In this document: positions 1 through 11,641 of the stretch, in pieces
Layout: the number at the start of each line of letters is the position of its first letter
How positions within the stretch are numbered: position 1 is the first letter of the stretch
Origin: Mobula hypostoma
Taxonomy: Eukaryota
DNA: 64,000 nt
Direction of reading: 5' to 3'
Assembly: GCF_963921235.1 (NCBI RefSeq)
Contig: NC_086097.1
Location: 149,606,001 to 149,670,000 of the forward strand
Translations under genes and position numbers: made by a program
Notes under the pieces: model-generated
The model's input: only the letters and a program-made list of their open reading frames with translations
Told to the model about the DNA's origin: nothing
The model's database searches: none

Positions 1-430
1 AGAAAACTAGAATATGATGTTACCAAATGAGTTATAAGGAGAAGTTGAAGAGGCTATGACTTTATTCCTTGGAGCGTAGGAGACTGAGAGGTAATCTTAA
101 AGAGATGGGATATGGGTCTTTTTCCCAGTTTAGGAGAGTCAAGAACTAGAAGGTATAGATTTAAAGTGAGAGGGGTAAGATTTAATAGGAACTTCAAGAG
201 TTTTTTTTACACAAGAGTGGTATCTATTTGGATTGATTTGGCAGAAATAATAGTTGAGACAGGTACAATAAAAACTTGTAATAAATGTTTGTACAGGGAC
301 ATAGATTGGAAAGGATTAGAAGATTATGGGCTAATTGCTGTTAAGTGGGATTAATTGGCTTGTGACATCTTGGTTAGCATGGATCAGCTGGGCTGAAGGG
401 CCTGTTTTAATGCTGTATAACTATAATTCT
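1..430 (+). mobile_element. CR1 LINE 3' end fragment
   Basis: Decayed LYSLERRRLRG..., RTRRYRF ORF2 C-terminus and tail ggctgaagggcctgtt...tgctgta. Confidence 0.8.
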
Positions 431-716
431 TTGACACAATTTTTTACTTCTATTCACAGAAGTGGTTGTACTTTTCTGTTTCACTTTGCTTCTTCATCTC
501 CAACTATGATATTCTTAAAATGCTTGTTATCTTGATAATTGTGGTCAGTAACTTATGTATCTGCCACCTCTTAATGTAAACCTCACTTGTTTACTCCCTT
601 AACCAGTTCTGTTGTAAAGTTGTTAATCTGAAATGTTGTCTTTGTATCTCTCCCTGCTGACATTGCTGAATACTCCCAGTAATATTTAAGTATCAAGCTG
701 ACAAGAATTGACTTAC

Positions 717-816
717 TCAGCTATAATGCGCAGCTTCTCCCCCATTCTGAAGATTGGTTGGCTTATCGTTGGTGGTGGGTAATCATAAATTGCAACCAAC
801 ACATCGTTGCTGTTTG
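717..816 (-). CDS. SLA: SLA (Src-like adaptor/SLAP) coding exon, N-terminal half of SH3 domain
   Basis: Minus strand ...tttatcaaacAG | 100 nt | GTAAGT. Phase-1 translation (A)NSNDVLVAIYDYPPPTISQPIFRMGEKLRIIA(D/E) aligns without gaps to human SLA as I recall it (GLDSDFLAVLSDYPSPDISPPIFRRGEKLRVISD). Splices in frame to the 4034-4097 segment. Confidence 0.93.
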
Positions 817-1229
817 CTGTTTGATAAATAGGAAATCTATGAAATTTGTGATGGACTCGATGTTCAACATAATTAAAGTGAAAAGATACTTTTATTAGTT
901 GCCTCTTGTGATTTAATGCTATTCCAAACTAATTTACTGTCAACTTTGTACCCATATTGAAATGTCGTCGTAGTATTCCAATAACTCATGACAACCAATT
1001 TTCAAATCGCCAGATCCCACAATCAGTTGTAAGAATATGCTTGTATTATCTGTTTTTATGAAGATTTTAGGAAATGCATGTCTTTTGTCCAAAATACCTG
1101 GGTAAGGGCAGGAAAGCAGATTATTTTTTAAATGGTAGGTAATTATCCCTGAATGGTGATAAATTGGGGGATGCACACTGATACGTGGCTGCCTTTGCAT
1201 AGCAGTCGATGAAAGTAATCTTGCAGGAG

Positions 1230-2800
1230 GTTAACAGGGTTAGTGGTAGGTTGGCCTTCATAGGAGATTTGAATACAGGAGTGGAAATATCTTACTGCAT
1301 TTGTACAAGGCCATAGTGAGACTACAGCTAGAGAATTATGTGCAGTTATTATCTTGTTTTCTGAGGAAGGATATCCTTGCTAAGAACGCACTGAAGGTTC
1401 ACTAGATTATTCTTGGAATAGGAGGATTGATGTATAAAGGGAGATTTTGAAGATTGGTCTCATGTTCTCTAGAATTTGGAAGAATAAGAAAATAACTCAT
1501 TCCATTTTCAGACTGGACAGAATATACAAAATGTTCCCAATGGTGAAGGATGATGGTGGGAATTACCAGCTCCCAGGGATTATACCCTAAATATATGAGG
1601 AAAACCACTTAGGACCAATATGAGGAGAAAAATCTTCACTCAAAGAGCAATGCACCTGAATAATTCTCTACCAAAGAAACAAGTTGAGGCTAACTCATTA
1701 AAGAGATTCAAAGAGGAAAGATTCAACTTCCTTGTTACCAGAAAAGTTGCTGAAGGCAAGTCAGTGGATGTTGTCTACATGGACATTAGCAAGGCATTTG
1801 ACAAGGTCCTGCATGTGTGGTTGGTCAAGAAGGCTCAGTTGCTCAGCATTCCAGGTGAGATAATGAATTGAATTAGACACTGGCTTTGTGGGAGAAGCCA
1901 GAGAGTGGTAGCAGATGGTTGCCTCTCTGACTGGAGGCCTGTGGCTAGTGAAGTGCCACAGGGATCGGTACTGGGGTTGTTGTTGTTTGTCATCTGTATC
2001 AATGAGCTGGATGATAATGTGGTTTACCAGATAGGTAGGGCACTGAGGAGAGCTATAGAACAAAAAGAATACAGGTTCATAGTTCATTGAAAGTGGTGTC
2101 ACAGGTAGAGAGGGTTATAAAGAAAGCTTTTGGTACTTTGACCTTCATAAATTAAAGTATTGAATACAGGAAGTTGTGTTGAGGTTGTGTAAGATGTTGG
2201 TGAAGCCTAATTTGGAGTATTGTGAGCAGTTTTGGTCACCAACCTACAGGAAAGATGTAAATAGGTTTGAAAGAGTACAGAGAAAATTTACCATGATGTT
2301 GCCAGAACTGAAGGACCTGAATTACAAGGAAAAATAGATTAGATTAGTACTTTATTCCTTGGAATGTAGAAGATTGAGAGGAGATTTGATAGTGTATACA
2401 AAATTATGAGGGTGAATATAGGGTAAATGCAAGCAGGCTTTTTCCACTGAGGTTGGGTGGAAATACAACTAGAGGTCATGGGCTAAGGATGAAAGATGAA
2501 TAGTTTAAGGGGAACGTGAGGGGAAGCTTCTTTACATAGGGGGTCATGAGAGTACAGAATGAGTTTCCAGTGTAAGTGGTGTTTGTGAGCTCGATTTCAA
2601 TGTTTAAAAGTAGTTCTGTTAGATACATGGATTGTAAGGGCATGGAGCGCTATGGTCCTGGTGCAGGTCGATGGGAGAAGGAAATCTAAATAGTTTTGGC
2701 ATGGACTAGCTGGGTTTTCATTGATCAGCCATGATTGAGATGATTGGCGGTGCAGGCTTGAAGGGTCTGAGGGGCCTGTTACTTCTCTCGTTTCTATGTA
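1230..2800 (+). mobile_element. Nested CR1 LINEs (younger RT-to-tail copy ~1725-2715 inside the 3' end of an older CR1)
   Basis: VDVVYMDISKAFDKV, VPQGSVLGLLLFVICINELD and LEYC.QFWSP motifs; two consecutive CR1 tails. Confidence 0.8.
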
Positions 2801-4033
2801 CTATAGAACTCTCTTGCAATTCTAAGAATGGTGTAATGGGACCTGAGAGGACAGGCAAAATCTTTCCTATTTTTCATCTGAAAGATGCAATTGGTACTGC
2901 AACCAAAGAACGATAAAGTTCTGCAGATCAGTTACAATTACAAGATACATTGGCTAAAAGATGGAAAGGCAAATCAAAGTAGCGAAAGTTTGCTTTTCTA
3001 TCTGAACAGTAAGTGAGGTTCTGTCTAGGATCATTATTAAACTTTGCTTTTTTTAAATATACGTTGACAAAGCTAATATATATCAAAATTAGTGAATAAT
3101 ACAAAACACAAGAAGATTGAGAAGTATTGGTGATATAGATACATTGAAATAGGCTGATGAAAGACAGCCGGAGGTTAATGCTGTAAAGGGTGATGCAATG
3201 TATTGGAAAAAGAAAGCCAAACTAAACAAAACAAGTCAGTTTTTAAACAGCTCAATTATGGAAAAAGCTGAGAATTACCTTGAAGGCTACATCATAGTTT
3301 GATCAAAGAATCACTAAAATTTTTGGTTTTATAACGAGAGTTATGCCTAAAATTATGGAAAAAATATCTGGGGCCTATGTTTCAGGAAGCACATTGAGGC
3401 CTTGAAGAAAGTATAAGGGAGATTTGCTAGATGAATCCCAGGGACAGTTAGTTAGCTGGGAAAACTAAAGAAGCAGGGACCTTGAAGACAAAAGAGGAAT
3501 TAAATAAGCTCAAAATATTTGAATAGTTCTGATAAAGATGAATTGTAAATGTTGGCTCAAGGATGGATAAGCATTGCAAGCAGATTGCTGTATAATAGAT
3601 CTAAGTGTTTGAGATTAAGTACTGATAGTTAATTGTGTTTAGCAATCACAAACAAAAACAAATTTCTCTGCAGTGCCTATGGAAACAAAAATAGCATAAA
3701 AGTGATATCAGATAACTATTGAAGATTATCAAAAAAGCAAAACAAGCATTCAGTCTTAAACCATTACCACCAAACTTTTATTTTTGGTTTTATTTTCCTC
3801 CTGATAATTTCTCATTTTGGATTATCTGTGCTGAGGGAGAGGATGCTAAAGTTTATTTTTTAAGTTACTGACGGAAGTTATTTCATTAATTCATTTGGCA
3901 TATTGAAGTTTGCAGATAAGATTGATCAGCCCTGGTGTAATCAGATTGCATTAGACCATTTTGTTTCACTTTTCTATTGGTAACTTCTAACTTTCCTCAT
4001 CAGCATTCATTTATACAGAGAGACAAAGCTTAC

Positions 4034-4097
4034 CTGTGTTGGAATCTGGAACAGTTGATATTGACTCAACTGGTGCAGATTTAAGAGTGTTGCCCAT
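4034..4097 (-). CDS. SLA: SLA initiator exon, coding part (whole exon 4034-4127)
   Basis: Acceptor ttttttatccacAG at 4128-4129, donor CAG|GTAAG. ATG at 4097 in strong Kozak context (atcATGG). Encodes MGNTLKSAPVESISTVPDSNT plus 1 nt (cf. human MGNSMKSTPAPAERPLPNPE|G), with an MG N-myristoylation-type start; phase matches exon 717-816. Confidence 0.9.
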
Positions 4098-4768
4098 GAT
4101 GTAATCCTTAGCATTTATGTATAAAAACTGTGGATAAAAAAACATGCTATATTCAATAATGGTACTGAATGAAGCTGGCATTTTTCAAATTGCAATACAT
4201 TATTGTTTCACGCCAGACGATGATGCTTGAGAGCCTGGATGGTGATGGCCTGGGCCTTAGGTTCACATAGTCTTTTGAAAATAATAGACCATGAGCATTG
4301 AAATTGCTGGACTAAATTAAATGAAGTTTGCCTTCTAAATTTCTGGTAGTTTTATGATGCAACTTAAGTAGAGCTGGAAGCTTGTGTAATCAATTTACAT
4401 CTGATGATCTCTAGATGGAAACATCGGGAACAATATGTGAAATATTTGTTCTCTCAGAACTGAAAAATATAAATGTATGCAGTTAAAAATAGTTTTAACT
4501 TGGAGTATAAAGCAAAATTGCACGCAACATAGCCATTCAGTGCTGGCAGGAATTTCAACCTCTGATGTTATTTCTTTAGCACCAGAAACGCGATTCTATT
4601 GTGAAATTCACTCAGTGATGTCAGCCACAGTGCAACATCTGTGTTTTTGTATTTTGATTTTAGCCTTTCAGCTGTGATGATAACCCCATGTCCTTCTCTA
4701 AGTTCCTACAAGACTATTCTACAGAATAGCAAGAGATTTTTCACTGTTATCCAACTCATTCTTCTTAC

Positions 4769-4782
4769 CTCATCCAGCACGA
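4769..4782 (-). other. SLA: Candidate SLA 5'-leader exon (14-nt microexon, or 3' end of a short first exon)
   Basis: Minus strand cttcctttttcAG|TCGTGCTGGATGAG|GTAAG: canonical acceptor and donor 14 nt apart, about 640 nt upstream of the initiator exon. Confidence 0.45.
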
Positions 4783-4849
4783 CTGAAAAAGGAAGTTCAT
4801 CTTCATTGCAGATTATGGAGCATTGCAATGTACGAATTTACGCTGTGTT

Positions 4850-4955
4850 CCCCATGTTAGTTACAATAAGATTTCTTAAACACCTAATTGGCTGTAAAGC
4901 ACTTTGGACCATCCCAAGATTGTGAAAGCTGTTTCTGTATATAAATGCAAGTCAC
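4850..4955 (+). mobile_element. Old Deu-domain-type SINE tail fragment
   Basis: taattggctgtaaagcactttggaccatcc...gtgaaagc...tatataaatgcaagtc resembles the DeuSINE 3' segment. Confidence 0.5.
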
Positions 4956-6344
4956 TTATTACTTCTGTGTCTCCCATCTGTCCATGAGTTCATACACCTA
5001 CATAACAACCAGTGACCAACTAATTAGCCGTCAGAGCAACCAACATGACCTTACTAACAATGAATAAAAATTCTGTTAAAATAAACAGCAGACAAAAATA
5101 TACATTTGAGAAAGGTCAAACGTTGTAAGAATGTTGGTCTGTTTTTAAAAATAAAGTTCATGACGGTTTTCCAACCAAGTCGTGTGCTCTTAGATTGATC
5201 AGCTGAACCTCAAAATAGGGAAGTTGGGGTTGAAATTCAGACCAAAGTTTCCATTAGCTCAGCTCTTACAAAAAAAATCTTGCTAATCCACACATGCAAA
5301 CTTCAGATACCAAAATCTTATTTTCATGAAGATTTCAAAGTAATAGCAAATATTACATTATCTTTTGGGGATATGATCATTGTGCTTTGCTTGTAAAGTT
5401 GTGACAAGAATATTTTAAATGGGCTGTTACATCGCAGGGGCATTGTTTCTCTTATTTAAAACAATAATAATTTTGAACTTGTTTGTTCATTTTAAGCTTT
5501 TTTTCTGCATATGGAACCAATCAAATGTTAATATTGAGGAACAAACATTTTGCATTTGGTGTCAGTGTCAAACATGACTGCTTTGTAGAGTGAATTCCCC
5601 TCAACCCTCCCCTGCCATACTGTGCCCCAGTGGCACATTTCCCCTGGTTGTTTTGTGTAAAGATGTTATGAGCATTTCTTTGCAGTCAAACAGAATTTTT
5701 TCTAAACCCTGGACAATCTTGAGAGATCTTTTGGTTATATCTGATCACCAGTCTTTATCTCATGAATATTTTGTACTCGTGAAAGAAATGACAAAGTGAA
5801 TGTTATAGGGTGATGACCATTCATCAGAACTCGACAGAGGTACTGGTTAACCAAACTTTTTCAGTTCACTGTTGAGTTCTCTGAGTGTCCTGTACTTTAT
5901 CAGAAGATCAGATGCTGATGTTCAGGCTTACATTGGGTTAGTTTAAAAAAAAGCAAGAAGCTAACAATAGAGTCCCCACAGTGGGCGTGGAATATAGAAT
6001 TAAGTGAGAGACAACTGGAAGCTCAGGGTCAGCCTTGTGGTTGGAACGAGATGCATTGCAAAGCCATCACTCGATCTGTACTATCGATTTGTACTCCAGG
6101 GAGTATGAAGCGCAGTATCAAATATTGCTGTGATGATTGTACGCTCTAGTATCAATTGTTTGGTGACAATAAAGTAAAGTATTTGGCTTTTAGAGGAGAA
6201 CACAATGCGTTTCTTCTCTAGCACATAGTAGTTATGGTTACAATGGAAGAGTTAAAGGAACTTGCTGTATAACCACATTGATTCAGATCAGCAGCATGCA
6301 TAGGCCAGATTGCCAGTTAAAACTAACCACATTTGCTGAAGTCA

Positions 6345-6793
6345 TGGAGTCATAGAAAAGTACAGCATAGAAACATTCCCTTCATCTCATCTAGTCCGTG
6401 CTGAACCATTTAAACTGCCTACTGCCATCGGTCTGCACCAGGACCATAGCCCTCCATACCCCTACCATCCATGTATCTATCCAAACTTCTCCTAAATGTT
6501 AAGATAAAGTTCACATGCACCACTTGTGCTGGCAGCTCATTCCACACTCTCATGACCCTCGGAGTGAAGAAGATCCCCCTCATGTTCCCCTTAAATTTTT
6601 CATCCTTCACCCTTAGTCTAGTTGTAGTCCCACCCAACCTCGGTGGAAAAAAGCCTGTTTGCATACACCCAAACTATGCTCCTCATAGTTTTGTATACCT
6701 TGATCAAATCTCCCCTCAATCTTTTATGTTCCAAGGAATAAAATCCTAACCTGTTCAATCTTTCCTTATAACTCAGGTCCTCCAGACCCGGAG
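6345..6793 (-). mobile_element. CR1 LINE 3' end
   Basis: PGLEDLSYKERLNRLGFYSLEHKRLRGDLIKVYK and FFTPRVMRVWNELP, followed by a CR1 tail. Confidence 0.85.
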
Positions 6794-6944
6794 CACTTGT
6801 GACAATCCAGCAGCTTTCATGGTCACTGTTATCAATTGTATATTTAGTACACATTTAAAATTATTTCAAAGTTAAAAAAAAAAATTGAATTTCTGTTTTC
6901 TTTGATTAACACTGTCAGCTTTAAGCAAATGGTACCTTGACGCA

Positions 6945-7100
6945 AGACTACAGGTGCTGGAATCTGGAGGAATTCATCAGGACAAGCAGCATTTGTGGGA
7001 GGAACGTAATATTCCTGATGCAGGGTTTTAACCTGATCATGAATAATTTCTCTCCCCCACAAGTGCAGCTCAATCCACTGAGTTCCTCCAGCGGGTTGCT
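6945..7100. mobile_element. Degenerate fold-back Penelope terminal fragment
   Basis: ctggaggaattca...gcagcatttgtgggagg is the inverted match of cccccacaagtgcagc...tgagttcctccag, with a decayed cctgatgcagggtttt motif between the arms. Confidence 0.55.
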
Positions 7101-8019
7101 TGTAGGGCAAGTAACCTAACTACAATATTATTGGTACCTATGCATCTATGAATTTTGCAATGGTAAATATGATATTAAGCTATTACCTTAATTCAAGTTC
7201 AAGTTTGTTGTGTCATATATACCACCAAACAAACCAACTTTCCTCCAGATCAGTGTGCACAGCACAGTACATATAACACATGAACAACACATAAAATAAT
7301 ATTACCACAAACAACTTAACAAATAATACTTTGCATTTATGATAGAAGTTTAAAACCATAACGCTGTTGGTGTTTCATATGTGATGAGCCTTGGGTGGTG
7401 GCAGGGAATTCAGCTTGCATTTTTCATGTGTCATAAACTCCTAACACTGAGCTGTATGCAAATCATTTATTAATCAACTTTCAGATTGTAGGTGACCTTG
7501 AGTTTCCCAAGTGTCCTTTGCTGCATGTTATACAATCAGTTCTGTTGTACAAAATGATTCAAGAAGGTGCAAGTTACATCAAAAAGATTAGAACTGCCAG
7601 TCAGTTAGAGCAACAGAGAACATGTGAAACAGTTGCAGAATGTTAAGGTCAGTCAGCCTACACACTAAAATAGAATCTGCTTTGAGGAACATGGGTTTCC
7701 TGGCAAAATATGTTTCACAATTTGTTATTTCGGTTGGGTTCTATTTCAAAATACATGTGAGAGTAAATGCTGACAATATTGAGAACAATTTGCAGATGGC
7801 ACCTACTTTCGCAATATAGAGAGGAGCAAGGAACATCACTCCCAAATTTCCTAATGAATAAAGCCATACATTTAAAAATACAATTTCACAATCGGCATTT
7901 ATTTAGTAATACGATATTGCAAATGGCCTTTTCCAGAATAAAACTCAATAGCCACCTATTTCCTAATTTTTCTTTTGCTCTTCTTGGTTTAAATCACATT
8001 TGGTATTTGATTTCGTATA

Positions 8020-8785
8020 CAATCAACGGCCAGCTTATTAGGGTCCTCCCTGTATTAATAAAGTAGCCACTGAGTGTACATTTGTCGTCTTCTACTGTCG
8101 TAGACCACCAACTTCAAAGTTCAATGTGATGAATGTTCAGAGATGTTCCTCTGCACACCACTGTGATGATGGTTATTTCAGTTAATGTGGCTTCTCTGTC
8201 AGTTTGAACCAGTCTGTCCATTCTCCTCTGGCCTCTCCCATTAACAACGTGTTTTTACCATCAGAACTGTCACTTTCTGTAAATTCTAGAGAACGTTGTG
8301 CATGAAAATCCCAGGAGATCAGCTGTTCTAAGATACTCAAGCCATCTTGCCTGGCACCAACAATCATTCCATGGTCAAAGTCACTTAGATCACATTTCTT
8401 CCCCATTCAGATGTTTGATCTGAACAACAATTGAACCTTTTGATCAAGTCTGTGTGCTTTTATGCATTGAAATACTGCCATATTTATTTATTTTTATTTA
8501 TTGAGATACAGTGTGTAATAGGCCCTTCCAGCCCTCGACCTGTGCTACCCAGTGACCCCTGATTTAACGCTAGCCTCATCGTGGAACCATTTACAATAGG
8601 CAATTAATGGGGAGAGCATACTGTACAAACTCTTTACAGACAGCAGTGGAAATTGAACCTGGGTTGCTAGTACTATAAAGCATTGTGCCCATCACTATGC
8701 TACATTCCACCCCATGATATGCTGATTAGATATGTTCATTAATGACCAGGTGCACTGGTGTACCTCATAAAGTGGTCTCTGAGCG
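8020..8785 (-). mobile_element. Non-autonomous Tc1-like DNA transposon
   Basis: TA-flanked (8018-8019, 8786-8787) decayed TIRs caatcaacggccagcttattagg / cctcataaagtggtctctgagcg; Tc1 transposase N-terminal HTH remnant MGKKCDLSDFDHGMIVGARQDGLSI. Confidence 0.8.
8481..8712 (-). mobile_element. tRNA-derived V-SINE (HE1-like) with CR1-type tail, inserted in the Tc1 element
   Basis: Antisense B-box (ggaaattgaacc), CR1-like ggcccttccagccc tail, (TTTA)n end. Confidence 0.7.
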
Positions 8786-9117
8786 TATGACTGATTTTTG
8801 AGGGCTGACCTTCATTGGTCAATCTAGGAAGAACCAGGGCAACCAGACAGGATTAATATGAATTTTGCAGGCTTGTTTCCACATTGTATAACTCCATAAT
8901 ATCACTAAAATCAGTCATATTATTTACTTCATTTCTTTCACAGCACCTCCACTTTCAGACTCCCTGCAACATGACCTAACTCACTTCTAGACTTGAACAA
9001 ATGAACTTTCCTGACTCTGTCATTGCCTGACTCCCTTACATCCTGACTCCCTGAGTGCTTACTGGCCTAATTATAAACAACCCTGGTCCCCACCCCCAAA
9101 CTTGCATTGCACTTTCT

Positions 9118-9254
9118 CAAGCATGAGAAAATCTGCAAATGCTGGAGATCCAAGGCAAAACACATAAAATGCTGGAGGATCTCAGCAGGTCAGGCAGCAT
9201 CTATGGGAGTAACTAAACAGTTGATGTTTCGCACTGAGACACTTCATCAGTACT
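9118..9254 (-). mobile_element. Penelope terminal fragment with minimal hammerhead-ribozyme core, inserted in a Rex1/L2-type tail
   Basis: Minus strand agta-CTGATGA-AGTGTCTCAGTGC-GAAA-CATC-aact at ~9219-9254, followed by the gatgctgcctgacctgctgag...ccagca tail. Confidence 0.65.
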
Positions 9255-9313
9255 TCCTCTAGCTATTGCACCTTATTCTACACTCTGTTACTGTTTGCCT
9301 TTGTATGACCTCA

Positions 9314-11641
9314 ATGTCAGATGCTCCTCTGTCTGAATGGAAGCTGTACTGAGCTGCAAGAGATCTTCTCCCAGATGTAAAAGCTGGTCACATAAAATTC
9401 AGATGAGTACTTTTCCTGTTGTAGAGAGGAAGGAGATGTCATTATAATTTTCACAGTCAGCTTTGTCACCCTTTTTGAAGAGTGTGACAATCAGGGCTTT
9501 CCTGAGTTCAGTTGGAATCTTTTCCTGGTGTCAGATCTTGACAAGCAGGTCATGAGTATGATTTAAAAGTTCTGTGCCACATTCCTTGAGGGTTTCTGCT
9601 GGAATTCCATCAGGCCCAGTGGCCTTGTTGTTCTGCAATTTTTTGCAAGCTGTCTACACCTCGTTGAAACTAAGAGGCTTACTCATGTCCTCTTCATGGG
9701 TCATTGTGGGAGCTGGTTGATGACTTCAATGTCAACAGCGGTGTTATGGTTAAGTAGCTCCTGAAAATGTTCCTTCCATTGAGAATTGATGGCATCATTG
9801 TCCTTTAGCAGCTTTTGTCCATCTTTGGAGTGAAGGGGGTATAGGCCACAATGGTTTGGGCCATAAACTTCCTTGGTGGCAATAAAAATAAAAACCCTGA
9901 TATTACCAGAGTCATCAAGCTGCTGTGCTTCTCGGGTCCTCTCGGTCCACCACTGATTCTTTATTTTCCTTACTCTACGCTGGACTATGGTCATAGCTTT
10001 GGAGTGGGCTTCTCTTTTTGCCTTGCAGTTGATGTCCTTCTGCCAGGCACAGAAAGCTTTCCTTTTGTCGTTGATTCAATTTCATTGTCATTTTCATCAA
10101 ACCAATCTTTGTTTTTCCTGGTCTTGTATTCGATGATGTCTTTACAAATATCAAGGATGGTGGCCCTCAGTGTGGTCTAGTGTACTTTATGATTCTCCGT
10201 ATACTGCTTTGGGAGTCTTTCAGAAAGGGCAGCCCAGAGATGTTGTACATTCATTGTCTTTTAGGTTCTTGATGTTGAACCTGGGATGGCTCAGCTCCTT
10301 TTGTATTCTACTCTTCCAGATGATTTTGGTCATTTGTGAGTGAATGCACCAATGATCTGTCCAGCTATCATCAGCACTGATCATCACTTTTGTGTTCTTT
10401 ACGTCCCTGCGATTCCTCCTCCAAACAATGACATAATCTATAAGATGTCAAGTCTTTGAACAGAGATGCATCCACGAAGTTTTCAACTTATTTCTCTAGT
10501 GGAAAAAGGTATTGCTGATGGTCAGGTCCTGTTCAGTACACTTGGAAAGTAAGAGCACTCCACTGGAGTTGATGTTGCAACGCTTTCCTTCCCAATTGTG
10601 CCTTTCCGGGAATCACTGTCCCCACCAACCCGAGCATTGAAGTCTCCAAGAAGAAGACCTTCTCTTCCTTGGAAATATCTGATAGTATGTGGTCTAGGTT
10701 GTCGTAGAAGGTCTCCTTAACATCACCTGGTGAGTCTAGGGTTGGAGCGTAGGCGCTCACAGCTGTAGCCATTTGGTTATTAGTGAGCTTAAGTTGCATG
10801 GCTTGGGGCATTGATTGATACCAACAGGCAATTCGGTGAGGTGACTGCTGATGCTGTTCATTATAGTGAATCCATCTCCATGGATTCTGGATTCATCTGC
10901 TGATTTTCCCCTTCCAGAAAAAGGTGTATCCTCTCTTCCCCTCCTTCATTTGTTCTTCCTCAGCCAATCACATTTCAGGGAGAGTGGCAAGTCAATTTGG
11001 AATCTTCTCAGCTCTCTTGAGAAGACGCAGTGCATCTTTCAGGATGATCGTTGGTTTCGCTGTCCGCAAGTGTCCGCACTTTCCAGACTTCAAAATGCAT
11101 ATGCATTTGTTTCAGACCACAGTTTGCTGATCCCACTGGACATGGTAATCCAGTTAGAAGCGAGGAGGCAGGCTAATTTTAGGGCAACTTTTCTAGCCCC
11201 TTCCCCATGTGGGGTGAGCAGAGCAGGTCCCGAATAGGCTTCTCAGTCATGGATGTAGCTGCCGAAAAGCTCTATCTGCCTCAGTCCAAGAGCAAGACAA
11301 TTGTATCTAAAATCCACTGCCTGTGTGTCAGGTTGTGGCTGGGTGCTCCCAGATTTCACTGTCCTGCTCCTGTCACCACTTCCTGATCGCCACAGGACTT
11401 TGTCCAAATTGGTTGATCTGATTACCAAACCAGGATAAATGCCTTTGTGTGAGGTCTTTTAATGTGAGGAGGGGAGACTGATGCACAAGCACGCATCACA
11501 TGGTCCATGACAGACAAAGGGTTAAATCGAATGGCATGGAGACCGAGATGATTGGGGGCCCTCTTCTGCTACAATCTTCTTCAGCCTTCGCAGCCGTTAT
11601 GGTGGTCCTCATAGTTCTGAGATTCTGAAGACTCCAGTTTA
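9314..11641 (-). mobile_element. RTE-clade LINE, inverted 5' part (5' UTR, APE endonuclease, start of RT)
   Basis: FAVRK...; SAYAPTLDSPGDVKETFYDNL; WKEHFQELLN; FKKGDKADCENYNDISFLSTTGKVL...DRGASD; multiple stops and frameshifts. Confidence 0.88.

Noticed and set aside
7485-7646. Plus-strand exon-like open frame IVGDLEFPKCPLLHV...
   Set aside because: An acceptor-like site is present, but it ends in a stop, has no recognisable homology and its length is compatible with chance.
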